The translations under genes were made by a program, and so were the position numbers. Shown here one piece after another: positions 31,040 through 37,984 of a stretch of DNA of 64,000 nucleotides (position 1 is its first letter; every line of letters begins with the position of its first letter). The stretch comes from an uncultured Desulfobacteraceae bacterium (GTDB taxonomy: Bacteria; Desulfobacterota; Desulfobacteria; Desulfobacterales; JALSRD01), in NCBI GenBank assembly GCA_964442705.1, contig CAYUAQ010000003.1:102-64101 (forward strand). The letters are read 5' to 3'. The notes beneath the pieces are model-generated. The model ran no database searches. It worked only from the letters and a program-made list of their open reading frames with translations, and was not told the origin of the DNA.

Positions 31040-31819
31040 ATGGGAGAACCCCAGGGCATCAAAAAAGAGGCCACGGGTGCGCCTGCCTGGGTGGTTACCT
31101 TCGGCGACCTGATGAGTCTGCTGCTGTGCTTCTTTGTGCTGCTGCTGTCGTTTTCGGAGATGGATCGGCAGAAGTACAAGGAGGTCGCCGGATCCCTGAG
31201 GGAAGCCTTCGGAATTCAGCGCAAGACCCAGGTATTTGATTCTCCCAAAGGTGACCGCATCATCGCCCGTGATTTCGACAGGCAGTTGAACCTGACCAAA
31301 GACGTGCATGCCGAGGCGGTCAAAAAGAAGCTCATCGAAGAAATCGAGTCGCTTTTCCCCGAAGACATCAAGGACCTCATCAGCGTTGACAACGAGAACG
31401 GTGAGATCATCATCCGCCTGATGGGGGAGACGACCTTCGATTCCGGCAAGGCCGAGATTCGTCCCTCCACACGGCCTCTGCTGGTCCGGATCGCACTGGT
31501 TTTGAAAAAATCCAAGGGGGAAATTGTCATCGCCGGGCACACGGACAACGTGCCCATTACCGGTGGACCGTTCCACTCCAATCTATACCTGTCCATTGCC
31601 CGGGCCGCTTCAGTGGCCGAACTCTTCATTCGGGATGCCGGTTTCGATCCCAAACGCATTGCCACCATGGGGTTTGGTGAATACCGCCCGGTCAAGTCCA
31701 ATGCCACCTGGCAGGGACGGCAGTCCAACCGCCGCGTGGAAATCATTCTCAGCGACACGCCGTTGATGCAGGCTGAGAAACCATCGGATGCGCCCGTCCA
31801 AAAAGGCAGGAGGGGGTAG
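31040..31819 (+). CDS. motB: Flagellar stator protein MotB (PomB-like, OmpA-C domain)
   Basis: TM segment FGDLMSLLLCFFVLLLSFSEMD is nearly identical to the PomB plug/TM region with its conserved Asp. C-terminal OmpA-like NRRVEI. Confidence 0.9.
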   Translation: MGEPQGIKKEATGAPAWVVTFGDLMSLLLCFFVLLLSFSEMDRQKYKEVAGSLREAFGIQRKTQVFDSPKGDRIIARDFDRQLNLTKDVHAEAVKKKLIEEIESLFPEDIKDLISVDNENGEIIIRLMGETTFDSGKAEIRPSTRPLLVRIALVLKKSKGEIVIAGHTDNVPITGGPFHSNLYLSIARAASVAELFIRDAGFDPKRIATMGFGEYRPVKSNATWQGRQSNRRVEIILSDTPLMQAEKPSDAPVQKGRRG

Positions 31820-31831
31820 AGGGCCCGGGTA

Positions 31832-32551
31832 TCAGATCAATGTGAGGTGTCGATGCCGGGCCGCGGCGTCAGAGGGTTGGTCACCGGCGGCCAGATGGCG
31901 CTGCCGGATACTCATGATCTCCCGGGTAATGGCGGAGATGCGCAGGGCCTGCTCATTTATCTTCTCCAGCCTGGCATAGCGGGTGGAGCCCTTTTCAGTG
32001 TCCATGAGCAGCAGTTGGATATAGCCCGATATGGTCATCAGCGGCTGGGCCAGTTCATGGCAGATGGATCCAGCCGTTTGAAGGGCACCGGTAAGTCGTT
32101 TGATTTCAGCCTGCAGATGTTTCCTGGACCGCAGTTCGGTCTCATCGCTGACGGTCAGTATCACCGCCGGGGCCCCCCTGCCGATTACACAGGTGGTGGA
32201 AAGCGCCAGTTGACGACGGCGCTTTTTGGATACAGGCAGATGGAAATGGGCGTTGGCGTGCTGCTGTCGCAGGCGAAACGTATTTTCGATCAGGATACCA
32301 AGCCCGCATCGGCGACACTGGTTTTCCAACCGGGCCCCCGGGGAGACATTTCCGCAATGCCTGCAGCCCAAGAGTTCACAGATGGTGGTTGCCCGACTTG
32401 CCGGCCGGCATTGCCGGCGGTAGGCGGTCATACTGTCATTCTGCCACAGAACGTTCCGATTCTCATTGATGACAGCCACCGGGCTCGGTAGACGGTTCAG
32501 AAGCATCTGCAGCTGCGCTGAAAGGCGCAACCCTTTTTCAATATTCGTCAT
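31832..32551 (-). CDS. PAS-like sensor + HisKA (DHp) domain protein lacking an ATPase domain
   Basis: H-box SICHELAQPLMTISGYIQLL about 74 aa from the C-terminus. No N/G1/G2 boxes. The next feature downstream is the convergent motB end, 12 nt away. Confidence 0.65.
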   Translation of the reverse strand: MTNIEKGLRLSAQLQMLLNRLPSPVAVINENRNVLWQNDSMTAYRRQCRPASRATTICELLGCRHCGNVSPGARLENQCRRCGLGILIENTFRLRQQHANAHFHLPVSKKRRRQLALSTTCVIGRGAPAVILTVSDETELRSRKHLQAEIKRLTGALQTAGSICHELAQPLMTISGYIQLLLMDTEKGSTRYARLEKINEQALRISAITREIMSIRQRHLAAGDQPSDAAARHRHLTLI

Positions 32552-32664
32552 TTCCGTCTTTCCTACGGCGCGTTTTCATCAGTGACTGATCTCCAACTCA
32601 TTCAGACGTCGCTGATCCGTGCTATGAAAGCCGACCAGGGGAGAGCGACTCGCTTACTCCGGAC

Positions 32665-32910
32665 TCAACCCTCCGGGCAACCGGGAGCCTCATCCGGCTG
32701 AGGCCGGGGGGCGGGGTGCTGATCACGGGACTCGGGCAGGGATTTATCCAACGGGACAATGCCGGAGCTGGAATGACGCCTGTCCCGACCGCTGCGACGA
32801 TCCGTCCCCTTGCGTCGTTCAGGCCCGGAATAGGTGGAGGTGATCCACCGCCGGTCGAAACCGGACCGTCGGTTTGACTGTTTCCTGCGGTTTGCGGATA
32901 CCGTTTTCAT
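32665..32910 (-). CDS. Arg-rich small protein with hexad-spaced (N/D/E)RR repeats (81 aa)
   Basis: Six xRR motifs at residues 7, 13, 19 and 31, 37, 43. Strong sigma-28 promoter about 60 nt upstream. Weak RBS. Confidence 0.5.
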   Translation of the reverse strand: MKTVSANRRKQSNRRSGFDRRWITSTYSGPERRKGTDRRSGRDRRHSSSGIVPLDKSLPESRDQHPAPRPQPDEAPGCPEG

Positions 32911-32971
32911 TTTTCTTTTTCAGATTGAGGGTGATTCTCGATCTGGATTGGTCCAGCCGGCCTTAAATGGG

Positions 32972-32998
32972 TTATCCGCATTTTATCCTGAAACTTTA
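32972..32998 (-). promoter_or_regulatory. Sigma-28 promoter (minus strand) for the Arg-rich ORF / PAS-DHp operon
   Basis: Minus strand reads TAAAGTTT-N11-GCGGATAA. Confidence 0.65.
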
Positions 32999-33063
32999 GA
33001 TCGGCCTGTCGACTTTGAAGCAGGCCGATTGGGGCTGTGCGCCACGCGGAGGTTGTGGATTTC

Positions 33064-33090
33064 TAAAGTTTTCTGTCGGCGGGGCGATAC
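33064..33090 (+). promoter_or_regulatory. Sigma-28 promoter for the fliK-like / flhB-CTD-like operon
   Basis: TAAAGTTT-N11-GGCGATAC, 55 nt upstream of the TTG start at 33145. Confidence 0.65.
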
Positions 33091-33144
33091 CTATCAAGGG
33101 AGACCAGCGCCGCGGTTCATTGGCGCAAAAGGGGAGCCGTCTTT

Positions 33145-34446
33145 TTGTTGAATCCGAGTGCCATCAAAGCGACCCTGGGTTTCGCTCCTGCCGAAGACCT
33201 GGCCAAGAGCGGCACCTTGAAAGTCGGCGATCGACTAACGGTAAAGGTGCTGAAAGCCGATGGCGGCAACGTCCTTGTGGCCCTTGGAAGGCTCAAGATC
33301 CCCGCGCTGGTGGATTTCGCCGTCAAGGGCGGAGACCGTATCCAGGTGGTGGTGGCCGGCCTGCAAAGGGGGCAGGTGCGCCTGCATCTGGTGGAAGGGT
33401 TATCGACTTCGGCTCTGTCCGGAAGAGGCATGGAGCTGTCCGGGCAGCCGGAGCCACCGGAGATGGATTTGATGGGTGGTGGCCAGCGCAGCAGTGTGAC
33501 GCGCGACGTGACTCCCCTGACGATGCCGCTGGCTCGGGATATTGTCGGCCTGCAGGGCGAAATCATGGAAATACTGCTGTCCCATCGGTCGCCCGCCGGC
33601 AACAGGCCCAATCCCGCCGATGTTTTTTCAGCGCTCAGCCGTATTATCCGTAACGTCGGGCCACTGCCGCTGGAGAGCGGAAGTGCCCGGCTGGCCCCGC
33701 AGATTGCCTTCCAGGTGGAAAATTACGGCATTTTTTTCGAGAAAAAACTGGAAACGCTGATCGCTCAACTGCTCAAGGGCCGGCACGCCGGACCCTTATG
33801 GGATCGCCCTGAAATCAGGTTGCTAATGGACCAGGATATGAAGCCCAACCTGTTGAGGCTTCAGCAGGCTTTCGGTGATCTCAACAAACTGGTGTCGGGA
33901 TCGGCCTGGCGCAAGACCGGACCTGCCAGGCAGCTGCTGGAAGGGTTGCTGGCAGATATCGAACGTCAGCAGGGCCGGGCGGTGCAGCTGAAATCGGCGG
34001 CCCGCAGCCTGCAGGAGCCGGTTTACAGTGCCGGTGCCGAAAAAACCGGTGAGACAGCCCGCCCGGATGCAGGCCAGGTGTTCACTTACCAGTTCAATCT
34101 TCCCGACAATGACAGCAGTGTCCGATTGAAGGTCTATTACGCTTCCAGCAAAAGGCGGAAAGCGCGGCAGGGGAATCGCCTCTCGCTGCTGCTTTCCATG
34201 GGCCGCATCGGAGAAATCCGCACCGATTTTTTCCTGCTGCAGGGAAATCTCGACATCACCTTTTATGTCCGCAGCGAGGAGGTGAAAACACTGGTTGAAG
34301 GCCATCTTCCCCATTTTACACCGGCGGTAGAGGCGCTCTTTGCGGGCCTCAACATCAAGGTCCTCGTCTCTGAACCCAGGGTCGCAACTTTTGAGACCCA
34401 GGACTGGATCAGGCCGGGAGATAAACTGGTGGACTACCGCGTATGA
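33145..34446 (+). CDS. Flagellar hook-length control protein-like (FliK C-terminal Flg_hook-type domain)
   Basis: The C-terminal ~110 aa (LSLLLSMGRIGEIRTDFFLLQGNLDITFYV...LFAGLNIKV) fits the FliK C-domain pattern. Conserved pairing with an FlhB-CTD-like gene. TTG start after GGGGAG. Confidence 0.6.
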   Translation: MLNPSAIKATLGFAPAEDLAKSGTLKVGDRLTVKVLKADGGNVLVALGRLKIPALVDFAVKGGDRIQVVVAGLQRGQVRLHLVEGLSTSALSGRGMELSGQPEPPEMDLMGGGQRSSVTRDVTPLTMPLARDIVGLQGEIMEILLSHRSPAGNRPNPADVFSALSRIIRNVGPLPLESGSARLAPQIAFQVENYGIFFEKKLETLIAQLLKGRHAGPLWDRPEIRLLMDQDMKPNLLRLQQAFGDLNKLVSGSAWRKTGPARQLLEGLLADIERQQGRAVQLKSAARSLQEPVYSAGAEKTGETARPDAGQVFTYQFNLPDNDSSVRLKVYYASSKRRKARQGNRLSLLLSMGRIGEIRTDFFLLQGNLDITFYVRSEEVKTLVEGHLPHFTPAVEALFAGLNIKVLVSEPRVATFETQDWIRPGDKLVDYRV

Positions 34447-34715
34447 AAAAGGAAAGCGCCAGAAGCGCCGTGGCGTTGAAGTACCTGCCGGGCAAGGATC
34501 GTGCACCCCGGGTGGTGGCCAAGGGCCGCGGGCTCATTGCGGAGAAAATACTGGAAGTGGCCGACCGCAGCAACGTGCCGGTGCGCGAGGATCGGGAGCT
34601 GACGCAGCTGTTAGAAGCCCTGGATCTGGACCGTGAAATTCCGACCGAGCTCTACCGTGCCGTGGCCGAAGTGCTGGTGTTTATTTATAATCTGAATAAA
34701 CAGGCACCGGCCTGA
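34443..34715 (+). CDS. FlhB C-terminal-domain-like protein (EscU/YscU/HrcU family, YlqH-like)
   Basis: 90 aa. APRVVAKGRGLIAEKILEVA...NVPV.ED..L...L matches the FlhB-CC subdomain. ATGA overlap with the upstream gene. Confidence 0.8.
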   Translation: MKKESARSAVALKYLPGKDRAPRVVAKGRGLIAEKILEVADRSNVPVREDRELTQLLEALDLDREIPTELYRAVAEVLVFIYNLNKQAPA

Positions 34716-35355
34716 CCCGGCCCCCCACTTGGGCGGCGGCCACTCGGCTGGTGTCCGGGGCTGGGATGTCGCGAAGCATGTTGGTGAATTTCTCGGCGTT
34801 TCTTTTCAGCAGTACCAGTGTGGAGTACGCCGGTGCGCCCATGCTGTGGGCGAAGATGTAGTCCGTAAGCGGTTTGGGGGCCGCCCCCTCTCTGGCGGCG
34901 GCATGCCACAGAAGCTGCGAGTGGGGATCCGCCGTGCGGTAGACCCACATCTCCTGAGCCACTAGCGCTGTTTCAAAATCGCTTCCCTCAAAATAAGCGT
35001 TAATGCGGCCGACGATAAATCGGCTGCACTCGTATCGACGGGCAATCTCATTCATCTGTGCAAGGCTGAGCCCGATGCTGTCCGGATCGGTCAGGATCTC
35101 ACCGACGCTACCCGTACTCTGCAAGGTGTCCGCCACACACTGCGCGGCTGTGCGACCCACCCCCGGCGCATAATATGGCTCCACGAAACGGAAAACCAGG
35201 GTGCGGGCGCCGGGCAGTCCGTTATGGGCGGGATGGGTAAAAATGGATTCGGGATATCCCACCGGCGGCAGCACCACGGTGGACTGGTAGGCGCATCCAC
35301 TGCAGAGGATCAGCAGAAGGCCGGCGGCGATCAGGAATCTGGCCGAGGGTTGCAT
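34681..35355 (-). CDS. Hypothetical lipoprotein
   Basis: Start at ATG 35355 gives MQPSARFLIAAGLLLILCSGC (lipobox). No family recognised. Confidence 0.55.
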   Translation of the reverse strand: MQPSARFLIAAGLLLILCSGCAYQSTVVLPPVGYPESIFTHPAHNGLPGARTLVFRFVEPYYAPGVGRTAAQCVADTLQSTGSVGEILTDPDSIGLSLAQMNEIARRYECSRFIVGRINAYFEGSDFETALVAQEMWVYRTADPHSQLLWHAAAREGAAPKPLTDYIFAHSMGAPAYSTLVLLKRNAEKFTNMLRDIPAPDTSRVAAAQVGGRVRPVPVYSDYK

Positions 35356-35623
35356 ATGGATCCCCTTATTTGGGGGGTTACACCAAGGGCCTTGGCCGGT
35401 CCAACCGGCCGACCCGCTGTGGTCTGTCCATGGTACATTCAATTTCCATACCAGCTCCCAAAGGTGGCATGATAAAAGACGGTGATTTCGGCATTGTGGC
35501 TATAATATCATAAAATATCACTATTTCAATACGTTAGGAAGGTACCTACGGCGCCAGGGGATATTTTTGCAGCGTGGTGGCACGGGGTTGTTGCCTGTGG
35601 CCGTCGGTTGATTGACACGCGAA

Positions 35624-35689
35624 GGCAAAAATTGCCGGGGCCGTATCGACGGGGGGCTCCCTGGGCTTGCCGGGCCGGCAAAAACTGCC
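35624..35689. promoter_or_regulatory. Two dyad-symmetric GGCAAAAAYTGCC sites (candidate enhancer / UAS for a sigma-54 activator)
   Basis: GGCAAAAATTGCC at 35624-35636 and GGCAAAAACTGCC at 35677-35689. Centres are 53 bp apart, 85-150 bp upstream of the sigma-54 promoter at 35773. Confidence 0.4.
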
Positions 35690-35772
35690 CGGCAGGACGG
35701 TTACCAATGCTTTTATTATTGTATCTTCCTGAAATAAATTCATATAATAGTCAATCAAAACCTTTTCAGGTG

Positions 35773-35788
35773 TGGCAGGGAAATTGCA
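35773..35788 (+). promoter_or_regulatory. Sigma-54 promoter
   Basis: TGGCAG-GGAAA-TTGCA (GG-N10-GC), upstream of the 35854 ORF and the CheX-CheX-FliN gene. Confidence 0.75.
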
Positions 35789-35853
35789 TCGTTTAACGGC
35801 GACACCGTCAACCGTCCTGTGTGGACCAACTGGGAAAGGAGCCTGTCAAAGCG

Positions 35854-36312
35854 ATGAAAGTAGATCAAGTCAATGACCCCTCGCGCAATTTGACGCAACG
35901 GGCAAACAACGTAACGGAGCCGGACGGCGCGGAATTCAAGAGCATCCTGGAGCAGAAAATGGAACCACCACCATTGCAGGATATCGACGCCACGCCTTCC
36001 CCCACGGCCCCCGAAATGATTCCGGACGTGACCTTCAAGCCGCTTGCGGTGGTCGATGGCCATAGTATCGTTCACCAGGTGGAGGGTTTCCTGGATACAC
36101 TGGAGGCGTATCAGCAGAAACTGATGGATGCCGGCGTGAGCCTGAAAGCCTTATCGCCGCTCATCGACCGGATTCGGGTCCAGGGCGAGCAGCTGTCTTC
36201 CTACCTGGAGGGCCTCCGGCCCGGGGACGGCATGCGGGATATCCTCGGCCAGATGCTGATCACCTCTTCACTGGAAGTGATCCGGTTCAACCGGGGGGAC
36301 TATATCGACTAG
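35854..36312 (+). CDS. Hypothetical protein in flagellar operon
   Basis: ATG at 35854 after GGAAAGGAG (alternative GTG at 35821). GC3-rich frame. No family recognised. Confidence 0.5.
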   Translation: MKVDQVNDPSRNLTQRANNVTEPDGAEFKSILEQKMEPPPLQDIDATPSPTAPEMIPDVTFKPLAVVDGHSIVHQVEGFLDTLEAYQQKLMDAGVSLKALSPLIDRIRVQGEQLSSYLEGLRPGDGMRDILGQMLITSSLEVIRFNRGDYID

Positions 36313-36490
36313 CCGTTCGGTATTCGGTCAGGTTTTACTCCCGACAGCGATTTCGGTTGCAATCGTTCCCCCAAATGTGAAATAATCCCGGTATGATGAC
36401 CAGTTGACGCGCAATACTCAACAGGCATCGGCATGCCCCTGCGGTGCGCGTCGGGTTTCGCCGGTGCTCATTTCTGAACGGCGGGGTTTG

Positions 36491-37915
36491 ATGGAACTGC
36501 AAGAATCCGTGGACATAAAGGCCAGGGTGAGTGAGTCGGTGATCGATGTGTTTGACACTATGCTCTCCCTGCCAGTGGAAGTTGCCGGGGATGATTCGGC
36601 CGAGCGGGAAAATGCCGATCGTGTGGTGGCGGCCGTAAATTTCGCCGGTGAGGTCATGGGGCTCATCACCTTTGATGTTTCCGACGCCTTTTCCAGGATA
36701 ATGGCGGCCGCCATGCTGGGCGTCCAAGTCGATGAGATAGAAAACGACGATGAGATCAAAGACTTGCTCGGCGAGATCGGCAATATCGTCGGGGGCAACC
36801 TGAAATCGGCCTTCACGGATGCGGGACTGGACTGCAGCATCTCAACACCATCGATTACCGCGGGAAGCGGTTTCACCATCGAAGCCTTCAAAAGAAAACC
36901 TTTCGAGCGCTTCGTTTTCCGGTATGAGGACCACCGCATCTTTGTCGAGGTGGGGCTGAAGCCACAGCAAGGCGGACAGGACGCCGGTCAGCAGGACGCC
37001 GGTCAGACGGAAACGCAAGGGGGTGGGTCGGGTGCCCCCAGGGATTTCGAGGCCATCGGTTCCATGGACCTGAAAGCTTCGGCGTGTGCCTCGCTGGTCG
37101 AGGTTTTTGATACCATGCTGTCCATGGAGATCCGTATAATGGAACAAGAGTCGCCGCCCGGCAGGTTCGAGAATTATCTGGTGGGATCGGTGAATTTCAC
37201 CGGAGAAATCATGGGCCTGGTTTCCATCGGGGTCCCCGACCCGTTTTCAAGGCTGATGGCGGCCGCCATGCTGGGAACCGATGCCGATGAGATCGAAAGT
37301 GATGACGAGACCAGGGATCTTCTGGGGGAGATCAGCAATATCGTGGGGAGCCGCCTCAAGTCCGCTTTTACCGATGCCGGCATTGGTTGCCGTCTGTCGC
37401 CGCCGGCCATCATCGCTGGAAGCGACTTTCGCATCGAATCCCCCGGCATGGAAACCACCGATCGTCTTGTTTTCGGCTTCCGGGAGCACAGGGGTATCAT
37501 CGAGATAGGCGTGAAGGGACTGCGGGCATTGAAAGAGGCCGCACGATCCGCACCGACCCCTTCCCCGGTCGAAAGGCCGCATGAACCATCTGCCGCCGTG
37601 GAAACACAGGATCCGATCACCGAAGCCCCTGGACCGGCACCCATGCTGTCGAGCGGCGGCAATCTGGACGTGATTCTGGATATCCCTCTGGAGCTCACCG
37701 TGGAACTGGGAAGAACCCGGATGAAACTCAGCGAACTGCTGGAGATGAACCAGGGATCGGTGGTAGAACTGGCCAAACTGGACGGAGAACCGGTGGACAT
37801 TCTGGCCAATGAAAAGGTCATCGCCAAGGGTGAAGTCACCGTCGAAAATGAAAAATACGGCATTCGCATCACCGAAGTCCTCGGCCGCCTGGACCGCATT
37901 AAAAATCTGCGGTAA
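36491..37915 (+). CDS. fliN: Flagellar motor switch protein FliN fused to two tandem CheX-like phosphatase domains
   Basis: C-terminal SpoA/FliN domain (LDIPLELTVELGRTRMKLSELLEMNQGSVVEL...GIRITEV). Two ~150-aa repeats each carry D-x3-E-x2-N-x21-P (DLLGEIGNIV...TP and DLLGEISNIV...SP). Confidence 0.85.
   Translation: MELQESVDIKARVSESVIDVFDTMLSLPVEVAGDDSAERENADRVVAAVNFAGEVMGLITFDVSDAFSRIMAAAMLGVQVDEIENDDEIKDLLGEIGNIVGGNLKSAFTDAGLDCSISTPSITAGSGFTIEAFKRKPFERFVFRYEDHRIFVEVGLKPQQGGQDAGQQDAGQTETQGGGSGAPRDFEAIGSMDLKASACASLVEVFDTMLSMEIRIMEQESPPGRFENYLVGSVNFTGEIMGLVSIGVPDPFSRLMAAAMLGTDADEIESDDETRDLLGEISNIVGSRLKSAFTDAGIGCRLSPPAIIAGSDFRIESPGMETTDRLVFGFREHRGIIEIGVKGLRALKEAARSAPTPSPVERPHEPSAAVETQDPITEAPGPAPMLSSGGNLDVILDIPLELTVELGRTRMKLSELLEMNQGSVVELAKLDGEPVDILANEKVIAKGEVTVENEKYGIRITEVLGRLDRIKNLR
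36977..37006 (+). repeat. Perfect 15-bp tandem duplication (CAGGACGCCGGTCAG x2) in the inter-CheX linker
   Basis: Read directly. Encodes QDAGQ-QDAGQ. Confidence 0.9.
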
Positions 37916-37984
37916 TTTCCAAAGCAGCCATTCGCCTCTGGGAAACCGAGCACCCCACATGGCGGGTCGAATAGGAAAAGCGCT

